Below, piece after piece: positions 26,553 to 34,382 of a stretch of DNA of 61,683 nucleotides; position 1 is the stretch's first letter; each line of letters starts with the position of its first letter. The stretch is from positions 1-61,683 of the forward strand of contig JACQDT010000026.1 of the NCBI GenBank assembly GCA_016200965.1, read 5' to 3'. Both the position numbers and the translations under genes were made by a program. Under the pieces are notes generated by a model. That model saw only the letters and a program-made list of their open reading frames with translations. It made no database searches and was not told where the DNA came from. The DNA comes from Candidatus Azambacteria bacterium. GTDB taxonomy: Bacteria; Patescibacteriota; Minisyncoccia; GWC2-36-17; WO2-46-25.

Positions 26553-29500
26553 TAGCGTAATTTTTTAATTTCAAACGCGAGCGATTCGCCTTCAAGCATG
26601 ACTTCATGCGGGATGCGCATTGCGCTTTTTGATCCGCGCGCCATCCGTTTCGCGCCGATGCGGGACTGTATGTGCGCGTTCCATTGCTCGATCGCGCGCA
26701 TGACTTTTCCTTGAGCGTCGTAGGACAATGCAATCTTATCTTTGGGCATCAGTCCCGCCTCTTTGCGCGCCATCTGCACATTCCGGATGATCTCGCGCGC
26801 CATCCCCTCTTCAAGAAGCGCCGGCGAAAGGGTCGTATCAAGCCGGGCATCCTCGCCAAGCGACGGATCTGTTTTCACCTCCTTCACGTTCACCTCGTCT
26901 TGTATCAACTCGCAAAGCTCGCTCCCCAGCTTTTCTTTTATGATAAGGGTCTGCAATGGCTGGCGCACCCTGACGCCTGCCTGGGAACGGCGGGCAAGCG
27001 CAATGCTTACTATGTTTCTTGCCTTCATCATATCATATTCAAGCTGTTTATCAATTCGTTTTGCATCCGCGATCGGATATGTTTCCCCGTGCACGCTTTT
27101 TGTTTTTTTGAGCGCCTGCCATATATGCTCCGTGACAAACGGCATAAACGGCGCGGCCAGTTTGACCGTGGTTTCATAGGCATAGCGCAAAACCGCCGCG
27201 GCGGCGCGATAATCGGCTTTATGCTCCCGCAACTGGAACCGCTCGCGCGAACGGCGCACGTACCAATTGGTCAGATCGTCCAGAAACCCCGCGATGGTCC
27301 GCGACGCTTCAAGCATGTCGTAGCGATCAAGCGCCCCGCCTGCCGCAGCAATCGTCTGGTGCAAGCGCGAGATCACCCAGCGATCAAGTACGTTGGTTGG
27401 GTGGGGCGGGGCGTCGCCGGCGGACCGCTTCATGTCGGTATAGGAATGTAAAAACTGAAGCACATTCAAAAGTACCATTACCGATTTGCGCTGGGCATCC
27501 GTCACGTCTTTTTCGTCAAACCGTTTCGGCTCCCCCGCAGAGTTCACCGTGAAAAAATACCAGCGCAGGGCGTCAATGCCCAAGCGGTCGGCGATATCCA
27601 TCGGATCGGCGTAGTTTTTCTTTGACTTGGACATCTTTTTTCCTGCCTTGTCCAAAATATGCCCGAAGGAAATCACGTTGCGATACGGCGCTTCAACTTC
27701 AAGCAGCGCCGAAACCGCAAGCAGGGTATAAAACCATCCTCTGGTCTGATCCACGCCTTCGGAAATGAAATCAGCCGGAAACGCGATTTGTTTCAACTGT
27801 TTTTTATACGGCGCATCGTTCTGTTCGAACGGAAAATGCTCCTGTGCGAACGGCATTGCGCCCGAATCAAACCACACGTCGGTGACTTCGGGGACGCGCT
27901 TCATTGCGCTCCCGCATTCGGTACACGCCAGCGTAATTTCATCAATGTAGGGCTTATGCATATCAAGATTGCCGTTCTCGTCCAATGGAAGCCGCCCGGG
28001 CGGCAATTCACGTATTTCCCCTTTCTTTATATAACGCGCCCTCTCTCCCCTACGAAGCGTTTCCTTTTTATCGCAACCGGAAACAGCGGCCTCAAGCATC
28101 CAGAGCGGATCGCCGTGGCTGACAATGAAAATAGTTTTGCCTTTATATTTTAGCTCCGTACTTTTTATAAATCCGGTCATCCGCTTTTTCACGTCACCCC
28201 AATTCTCCCCACCTTCCGGTGCGGCGGTGAATCTGTCCGTTTTCCCAAGAAAGAATTTTTCAAATTCTTTCACCTTTCTCCCGTTAAAAACACCGAAATT
28301 AATTTCTCTGAGTAGTGCATCATTCACTATACCGTCTTGCGGCGCGCCAAGAATTGAAGCAACAATCTCCGCGCTCTCGCGAGCCCGCACAAGCGGAGAA
28401 GTGAAGATTAAATCTATTCGTACATCTGAAAATTTCTTTTTGAACTTTGCAAGTGAAATTTCAATTTCCTTCCTCCCCTTTGAAGTAACATGATTTTTCG
28501 GATCTCCTCCGGAATCGGCAATCCGTTTCATGTTGAACACCGCTTCCCCGTGCCGCATGATAAAATAGCGATTTTTTAATGTACTCCGCTCGCCAAGCCC
28601 GGCGATGCTCTCTATCGCCTCCGTATGGCCGCACCCTTCGCACCGCCATATCGGCATCGGCGTGCCCCAATACCGTTCGCGTGAAAACGCCCAGTCCTTT
28701 ACGTCTTTAAGCCACTTGCCGAATCTGCCTTCCTTTATATGGGACGGTATCCAGTTGATCGTCGCGTTACGCGAAAGCAATTCTTTTTTAAGAAGCGACA
28801 TTTTCACAAACCAGCTCTTGCGCGCGAAATACAAAAGCGGCGTGTCGCACCGCCAGCAAAACGGATACTCGTGTTCGTACAGCTCTTCGTTCAACAACAG
28901 CCCTCTTTTTTGCAATGCTTCGGTAATCAGCGGATCAGCGCGCTTCACGAACATTCCCTGCCACGGAAGCTCAGCGGAAAATTCCCCATTTTCTTTTACC
29001 GGATACAAGACAGGCAAGCCGTGCCGTTTCGCCGCCGCCATGTCATCCTCGCCGTATGCGGGCGCCAAATGCACGATGCCGGAACCGTCATCTGCGGACA
29101 CGAAATTCTCCTCCACCACAAAAAACGCCTTTTTATCCGGCTTCATGTATGAAAAAAGCTGTTCGTACTCAAGTCCGGCAAATTCCTTTCCTTTGAGCGT
29201 CTGCAAAACCGTCCATCCTTCCCCAAGCATCTGCATGCGGGCTTTGGCGATCACTAATACCTCGTCCCCTTTTTTTGCCCGCACATATTCAAGGTCGGAA
29301 TGCACGGCAAGCGCGACATTTCCGGAAAGCGTCCAGGGCGTCGTGGTCCACACCACAAAATACTCCTTTGCATCCGTGGCGCGATGATCGTCAAACACCG
29401 CCTTATGTAACGCTTTTTCTTTGAAAGCGTCGTCTTTTAACTCTGTGCGCTTGATGCGAAACTTCACATACACCGATTTTTCTTTGACTGTTTTGTATCC

Positions 29501-30094
29501 TTGCGCGATCTCGTGCGAAGAAAGCCCCGTGCCGCACCGCGTGCAATAGGGCGTTACTTTATAATCTTCCACCAAAAGCCCTTTCTCAAAAATGCGCGCG
29601 ATGACCCACCACAGCGTTTCCATGTACTCATTCTCGTAGGTAATATAAGGATGCTCCATGTCCAGCCAGAAACCGATGCGCTTGGTCACGCGCTCCCATT
29701 CATCTTTGTATTTCCATACCGATTCTTTGCACAAACGATTGAACTCGGCGACGCCCAATTTTTCAATGTCGGACTTCGCGCGGAAACCGAGCTGTTTTTC
29801 CACTTCAATTTCCACCGGAAGCCCATGCGTATCCCACCCCGCGCGCCGCGGCGCCCAGTACCCTTGCATCGTCTTATACCGTAAAAAAAGATCCTTAAAG
29901 CACCGCCCCATCACGTGCCCCGGATGCGGCATGCCGTTTGCCGTCGGCGGACCCTCATAAAACACAAATCGCTTCTTAGACGCGCGGCGGCTTTTCAGCG
30001 TTTTTTCAAACACTTTGTGTTTCTCCCACCACGCAAGAACTTCCTCTTCCATCAGCGCGATTTTTGATTTTTCTTTCTTATCGTTCGCTTCCAT
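26552..30094 (-). CDS. ileS: Isoleucine--tRNA ligase with an inserted histidine-phosphatase (PGAM-like) domain
   Basis: HIGH-type PHPGH, KMSKS, GTPMPIW, and CxxC knuckles (CEGCG, CTECG). About 190 extra residues between the knuckles carry RHGE, SPLVRARESA and VSHGD. Start set at ATG 30094 (MEANDKK). Confidence 0.9.
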   Translation of the reverse strand: MEANDKKEKSKIALMEEEVLAWWEKHKVFEKTLKSRRASKKRFVFYEGPPTANGMPHPGHVMGRCFKDLFLRYKTMQGYWAPRRAGWDTHGLPVEIEVEKQLGFRAKSDIEKLGVAEFNRLCKESVWKYKDEWERVTKRIGFWLDMEHPYITYENEYMETLWWVIARIFEKGLLVEDYKVTPYCTRCGTGLSSHEIAQGYKTVKEKSVYVKFRIKRTELKDDAFKEKALHKAVFDDHRATDAKEYFVVWTTTPWTLSGNVALAVHSDLEYVRAKKGDEVLVIAKARMQMLGEGWTVLQTLKGKEFAGLEYEQLFSYMKPDKKAFFVVEENFVSADDGSGIVHLAPAYGEDDMAAAKRHGLPVLYPVKENGEFSAELPWQGMFVKRADPLITEALQKRGLLLNEELYEHEYPFCWRCDTPLLYFARKSWFVKMSLLKKELLSRNATINWIPSHIKEGRFGKWLKDVKDWAFSRERYWGTPMPIWRCEGCGHTEAIESIAGLGERSTLKNRYFIMRHGEAVFNMKRIADSGGDPKNHVTSKGRKEIEISLAKFKKKFSDVRIDLIFTSPLVRARESAEIVASILGAPQDGIVNDALLREINFGVFNGRKVKEFEKFFLGKTDRFTAAPEGGENWGDVKKRMTGFIKSTELKYKGKTIFIVSHGDPLWMLEAAVSGCDKKETLRRGERARYIKKGEIRELPPGRLPLDENGNLDMHKPYIDEITLACTECGSAMKRVPEVTDVWFDSGAMPFAQEHFPFEQNDAPYKKQLKQIAFPADFISEGVDQTRGWFYTLLAVSALLEVEAPYRNVISFGHILDKAGKKMSKSKKNYADPMDIADRLGIDALRWYFFTVNSAGEPKRFDEKDVTDAQRKSVMVLLNVLQFLHSYTDMKRSAGDAPPHPTNVLDRWVISRLHQTIAAAGGALDRYDMLEASRTIAGFLDDLTNWYVRRSRERFQLREHKADYRAAAAVLRYAYETTVKLAAPFMPFVTEHIWQALKKTKSVHGETYPIADAKRIDKQLEYDMMKARNIVSIALARRSQAGVRVRQPLQTLIIKEKLGSELCELIQDEVNVKEVKTDPSLGEDARLDTTLSPALLEEGMAREIIRNVQMARKEAGLMPKDKIALSYDAQGKVMRAIEQWNAHIQSRIGAKRMARGSKSAMRIPHEVMLEGESLAFEIKKLR

Positions 30095-30127
30095 AATGCC
30101 GTATTGTATCGTGAAAGCGCGCAGACA

Positions 30128-30164
30128 GTCAAAAACCCCCGCCAAGCATGGCGGGGTTTTTGAC
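30128..30164 (-). terminator. Hairpin flanked by A5 and T5 runs (bidirectional-type intrinsic terminator) upstream of ileS
   Basis: gtcaaaaacccccgcc (30128-30143), loop aagcat, then ggcggggtttttgac (30150-30164). Confidence 0.65.
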
Positions 30165-30201
30165 TTAGTTCTCAACTTTTTGACTTTTCTAAGGTCAAGT
30201 A

Positions 30202-30810
30202 CTAGATAACGAAATCCTTACTACCCGCTGCCCTTAAAACATTAACTAGACATACTGGGCAGTTCAGAAAATTTTCTTTTCCCTCAACTACATATTCTAG
30301 AATATCTTTTCGTTCATTTTTCTTTGCTTCCTCAATAATTTTTGGATATAACTCCTTCATAAAATTTCTCCACTCTTTTGGGTATTCATCCTTAGGAAGA
30401 GAACCCAAACCTACATAACCTATACCATCAACATAAAATTCTATAAGAGGCAAAGGACTCTTCCGAAAAAACCCCTCAATGTCTTCTAACACATATATAG
30501 CCGCATCTCTCTGGCTTATTTCAGCTTCTTGGTGAATCCTTTCACCAAATTCTCTTGAACGAATTTCACGAATCTTTTCATCGCTTTCTAGCTCTAACCT
30601 CTTCTTTCCCCTCTCATCCACAACATACTCCGCGCCGTCTTTCAAAAGTTCGGCATCGGAAATCCTGCGCGACTTTTCCATTGCCGCCATCTCCTCCGGC
30701 GTATATTGTTTTGGTTCTTCGATGCCCATAAACGTAAGTTTAATTATCTTACTTATAGTGTACCCCCCAGCCATGCCTGTAAAGCCATATTGCCCATAGC
30801 ACAAGCCCAT
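30202..30810 (-). CDS. Hypothetical protein (start uncertain: 30810, 30774 or 30729)
   Basis: 202-codon ORF in an AT-richer segment. Glu/Lys-rich with no motif I recognise. C-terminal CPVC. Confidence 0.5.
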   Translation of the reverse strand: MGLCYGQYGFTGMAGGYTISKIIKLTFMGIEEPKQYTPEEMAAMEKSRRISDAELLKDGAEYVVDERGKKRLELESDEKIREIRSREFGERIHQEAEISQRDAAIYVLEDIEGFFRKSPLPLIEFYVDGIGYVGLGSLPKDEYPKEWRNFMKELYPKIIEEAKKNERKDILEYVVEGKENFLNCPVCLVNVLRAAGSKDFVI

Positions 30811-30843
30811 TGACAGTATATCTATCTGATATATAATGTATAT

Positions 30844-31167
30844 ATGACTACGCAGGTACTTTTTAGGATAGATAAAAAACTAAAAGATCGGGCGATGGAA
30901 AAGGCGCGGCATGAAGGCGTGGCGCTTTCTTCCGTGTTAAAACTCGCGACAAAGGCGTTCGTGGATGGGAACTTGGACATTCAACTCGTCGATAAAGAAA
31001 ATATGAAAGCTCAAGCGCCCGTTGTGCATCTCAAAGGAAAAAGCGCGAAACGGCTTGATAGGCGCGTGGGAGAAGGAATGCGCGAATACAAAAAAGGCAA
31101 CATTGAATCTATGGAAGCATTTCTCAAAAGAGAATACCCCGATCTCCATAAAGCATATGGAGATTAA
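30844..31167 (+). CDS. Type II antitoxin, ribbon-helix-helix (RelB/DinJ-like)
   Basis: 107 aa. N-terminal QVLFRIDKKLKDRAMEKARHEG is an RHH-like strand-helix. It overlaps the downstream RelE-like gene by 11 nt. Confidence 0.6.
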   Translation: MTTQVLFRIDKKLKDRAMEKARHEGVALSSVLKLATKAFVDGNLDIQLVDKENMKAQAPVVHLKGKSAKRLDRRVGEGMREYKKGNIESMEAFLKREYPDLHKAYGD

Positions 31168-31414
31168 ACTCTCGCCTCGTTTTAAGAAATCTTTTGCAAA
31201 ACTACATCCCCGCATTCAAAGAAAAGCCGTTGAAAAAATGGCGGTGTTTCGCAAAAACCAGTTTGACCCCCGCCTCAACACGCATAAACTGCGCGGAGAA
31301 AGAAAAGACGAATGGGCTTACTCGGTGGATTATTCTTACCGAATCGTTTTTGTTTTCCTTAAAGATGACGTCATGCTTTGCCTTGATATAGGAACGCACG
31401 ACGAATTGTACTAA
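31157..31414 (+). CDS. Type II toxin, RelE/ParE superfamily mRNA interferase
   Basis: 85 aa from ATG 31157: MEIKLSPRFKKSFAKL...FDPRLNTHKLRGERKDEWAYSVDYSYRIVF...DIGTHDELY. This is the typical RelE/YafQ-like layout. Confidence 0.75.
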   Translation: MEIKLSPRFKKSFAKLHPRIQRKAVEKMAVFRKNQFDPRLNTHKLRGERKDEWAYSVDYSYRIVFVFLKDDVMLCLDIGTHDELY

Positions 31415-31423
31415 TATGCACCT

Positions 31424-31867
31424 ATGGCGAACCTGGCGGACAACAGAAAAGCGCGGTTTGATTATGAGATCCTTGAAACGTACAAAGCGGGGGTTGTCCT
31501 TTTCGGTTTTGAAGCCAAAGCGGCGCGTCAAGGCAAAGCGCAGCTTACCGGATCATTTGTGCTCATGCGCGGCGGCGAAGCGTTCTGGGTGAACGGCATC
31601 ATCGCTCCCTACCAGCAAAAAAACACGCCTGATTTCTACCAGCAGGACCGCACGCGCAAGCTTCTTTTAACCAAAAAGGAAATCGCCGAACTTGAGGGAA
31701 TCACAAGCAAAAAGGGCTTGACACTCATTCCGCTTGGGTTGTATACTGAAGGGCGAAAAATCAAGCTGGAATTCGGGGTCGCGCGGGCTAAAAGAAAGTA
31801 CGAAAAGCGCGAGAAAACGCGGACACGGGAGTTCCAGCGCGAGAAGCAGAGAATGATGAGAGCGTAA
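31424..31867 (+). CDS. smpB: SsrA-binding protein
   Basis: 147 aa. NRKARFDYEILETYKAGVVLFGFEAK and a basic C-terminal tail. Confidence 0.95.
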   Translation: MANLADNRKARFDYEILETYKAGVVLFGFEAKAARQGKAQLTGSFVLMRGGEAFWVNGIIAPYQQKNTPDFYQQDRTRKLLLTKKEIAELEGITSKKGLTLIPLGLYTEGRKIKLEFGVARAKRKYEKREKTRTREFQREKQRMMRA

Positions 31868-31868
31868 C

Positions 31869-32250
31869 GGGGATGCCGGGCTTTGACAAAAGGAATATCC
31901 TTTGCACTGCGCACGCCGAGATGCCGTTTCTCGTTAAACAGCGGCACACGAATAAGTGCAAACTTATTTACACGGATAAAGAGCGCAATTGCTATGGCAT
32001 TTGCTCCCTCTTTGTCTTTCGCACGAGTTTAACTTGTGCCATCGAACCTTCTGACGTCCGATAAGAAATGTTCGGTGTCATATCATCGGGCTGCGCCCGG
32101 CGGCACTGCATCGCCGGAGTAAGCAAAAGCAGATAGACGCATGCGTATCTTGGCTGTTTTAAGCTCATGCGCGACAAAATAGAACTGCCTATGTGTGTAG
32201 AAGCGGCGTAAAGGACTTTTTGGATGTGGGTTCGACTCCCACCATCTCCA
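31869..32250 (+). ncRNA. ssrA: tmRNA (transfer-messenger RNA)
   Basis: 5' GGGGAUGCCGGGCUUUGAC and 3' GGAUGUGGGUUCGACUCCCACCAUCUCCA. The 7-bp acceptor stem includes G3:U, with a T-arm. It starts 2 nt after the smpB stop. Candidate tag frame runs from GCA 31958 to UAA 32030-32032. CCA is not encoded. Confidence 0.9.
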
Positions 32251-32273
32251 CAAAAACAAGGAGCGCGGTAACT

Positions 32274-32798
32274 ATTAACCATTTCAAGACAATCCTTAAA
32301 CGACCACGGCTGAACAATCAAATACGCGCGCTGAAAGTACGGTTGATAGACGATGCAGGAGAAAATCTTGGCGTCGTGGACATTCAGGCGGCGCTTGAGA
32401 TGGCGCACAATAAAAAGCTTGATCTGGTGGAAATCGCGCCGACCGCCCAGCCGCCCGTGGTCAAGATAACCGACTACGGGAAATATCTGTACCAAGCGGA
32501 AAAACAGGAACGCAAGCAGAAGGCGCGGCAGAAAGTGACCGGAATGAAATCGGTCAAAATAGGCCTCTCCACTTCCGCACACGACTCGCTCACCAAGATC
32601 AAACAGCTGGAAGGATTCCTTGAAGAGGGACACAAGGTGAAAATTGAGATATTTTTAAGAGGAAGAGAGCGGGCGAACCCCGGGTTCGCGCAAGGCAGGT
32701 TCAAAAAGTTTCTTTCTTTAATTCAGGCGCCGCACAAAATAGAACAACCGATTAAAAAAATTCCAAGCGGATTTCTGGTGGTAATTTCAAAACAATAA
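32274..32798 (+). CDS. infC: Translation initiation factor IF-3, probable ATT start
   Basis: INHFKTILKRPRLNNQIRALKVRLIDDAGENLGVV...LDLVEI. There is no ATG/GTG/TTG between the tmRNA 3' end and the conserved N-terminus. AAGGAG (32258-32263) lies 10 nt before the in-frame ATT at 32274. Confidence 0.8.
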   Translation: MNHFKTILKRPRLNNQIRALKVRLIDDAGENLGVVDIQAALEMAHNKKLDLVEIAPTAQPPVVKITDYGKYLYQAEKQERKQKARQKVTGMKSVKIGLSTSAHDSLTKIKQLEGFLEEGHKVKIEIFLRGRERANPGFAQGRFKKFLSLIQAPHKIEQPIKKIPSGFLVVISKQ

Positions 32799-32799
32799 T

Positions 32800-32991
32800 A
32801 TGCACAAGACCAATAAAGCGCTCGCAAAAAGAATAAAGGTGACCGGTACCGGAAAATTATTCCGGCGCATACCGGGACAGAATCATTTCAACGCGAAAAA
32901 CTCCGGAGGAGTGGGGAGAAAAAAGCGCCACGCAGAGGAGTTTTCAGGCATTCCATTTAAAAAAATGATGCGACGGATGCCGTCAGCGTAA
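32800..32991 (+). CDS. rpmI: 50S ribosomal protein L35
   Basis: 63 aa. MHKTNKALAKRIKVTGTGKLFRR. Confidence 0.9.
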   Translation: MHKTNKALAKRIKVTGTGKLFRRIPGQNHFNAKNSGGVGRKKRHAEEFSGIPFKKMMRRMPSA

Positions 32992-33019
32992 TATACGTTT
33001 TATAATCTAATTACACGAT

Positions 33020-33364
33020 ATGCCAAGAGTCAAACGAGGGGTCATGGCGGCAAAAAGAAAGAGGAAGATGCGCTCCTACACCAAGGGGTTCAAGTTCGGC
33101 AGGAACTCAAAGATAACGCGGATGACGGAAGCGACGTTGCATGCGTTCACCAACATGTTCATCCATCGGCGCAAAAAGAAAGGCGACTTCCGCACGCTAT
33201 GGAATGTAAAAATCAACGCAGGCGCGCGCGCAAACGGCCTCCCCTACAACAAGCTCATACACGGCCTTAAAAAGCGCAACATTCTTCTTGACCGCAAAAT
33301 ACTCGCCGACCTCGCGGCGACGCATCCACAGATATTCACAAAGCTCGTGGAAGCGGTGAAATAG
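33020..33364 (+). CDS. rplT: 50S ribosomal protein L20
   Basis: 114 aa. MPRVKRGVMAAKRKRKMRSYTKGFKFGRN. Confidence 0.95.
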   Translation: MPRVKRGVMAAKRKRKMRSYTKGFKFGRNSKITRMTEATLHAFTNMFIHRRKKKGDFRTLWNVKINAGARANGLPYNKLIHGLKKRNILLDRKILADLAATHPQIFTKLVEAVK

Positions 33365-33369
33365 TGATT

Positions 33370-34251
33370 TCAGCGTTCTATCTCAGATAAAATCAAGCTC
33401 TCTATCATCTCCTTTGGTACAATCTCGTCATATTCAAATATGGTTTCCCCGTCTTTCTCTTTCTTAAATGAAATGCGAACTTTTTGGTTTTCCCCTGTAC
33501 TTGTTTGTATCTCCACATCAAACCCTTCGGCAAAATCAAATCCTTGATTATTAAGCGCGGACACAAAAGCGTCCCGTTCTGCTTTTCCTTTCGTTTCTTC
33601 AATCACTTTCGCTAAAAATGACTCGCCAATACCTTGATGCGTACCAAGAAAACGCTTGAGAGTATCTTCGTGTTTTTTGCTTTCGTCTTGCGCTAATTTG
33701 TCCCAACGCGGAGCGACTGTTAGATATTTTTTCACTATTTCAGCCACTCGCCCAGCCATACCGCTGTATGTTTCTGTGGCACTATCTTTAAACGATTCAG
33801 CAAGCGCGTCGCTTTCTTCAACTAAAAATTTCAAGTACTCTCCATTTTTTACCGATTCAAGCGCTTTCTTCCCGAAATCGGTTGAAAAGTCTATATTAAA
33901 ATCCAATCGTTTATCAACACCGATCTTGCTCCCAACTTTGAGTTCTTTATTTAATTTCTCTTTTAGCTCATCGATATTTTCGTTTCCGGTTATTTCATCC
34001 AATTGCCCACCCATAACCAATCCTGCTGTCTGCTGAGTTCTTTTTCTTGGACTGCCAAATGCCACTGATTGAGAAATATCTCTATCTTCAGATTTTTCAA
34101 CTGTTTGCTTTCTTCCGGTTTCAGTGAGTTCTATTTCCTCGTCCGATTTGCTTTTATCCGATTCTTTTTCTGCATGGCGAAAAAACCGCAAATCGATTGC
34201 TGAGGTTATCTGTTCTCTTTTCTCTTTTGTTTCTGGGTTAAATCGTTCCAT
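33370..34251 (-). CDS. Histidine phosphatase superfamily-like protein (paralog of the N-terminal half of 38688-40610)
   Basis: IDLRFFRHAEKE...VAFGSPRKRTQQTAG...FLGTHQG. It parallels FFRHGEKE...VAFGSPRTRAQETAG...FFGTHQG in the larger paralog. ATG at 34251 (the tracked ORF starts at TTG 34257). Confidence 0.5.
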   Translation of the reverse strand: MERFNPETKEKREQITSAIDLRFFRHAEKESDKSKSDEEIELTETGRKQTVEKSEDRDISQSVAFGSPRKRTQQTAGLVMGGQLDEITGNENIDELKEKLNKELKVGSKIGVDKRLDFNIDFSTDFGKKALESVKNGEYLKFLVEESDALAESFKDSATETYSGMAGRVAEIVKKYLTVAPRWDKLAQDESKKHEDTLKRFLGTHQGIGESFLAKVIEETKGKAERDAFVSALNNQGFDFAEGFDVEIQTSTGENQKVRISFKKEKDGETIFEYDEIVPKEMIESLILSEIER

Positions 34252-34258
34252 ATCCAAA

Positions 34259-34382
34259 TTATTTAGATCTTTCTAGGATTTTTACTACGCCATTATTGGC
34301 GTCCACTTCGACAAGATCATTATCCTTAAGTTTGCGTGTGGCGATTTTGGTACCAATTATGCAAGGGAATTTTTAATTCACG
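34259..34382 (-). pseudogene. C-terminal remnant of a third PEP-utilizing (swivel His-domain) paralog, truncated and frameshifted
   Basis: The minus strand right after the abiEii stop reads R-ELKIP, then a 1-nt shift, then CIIGTKIATRKLKDNDLVEVDANNGVVKILERSK*. Compare RELKIPCIIGTKIATKVLKDGDLVEVNADKGVVRILER at the end of 36359-37003. Confidence 0.7.

Noticed and set aside
31992-32633. 213-codon minus-strand ORF
   Set aside because: It lies antisense to the tmRNA gene and to infC, both of which have strong independent support. The translation has no recognisable features.
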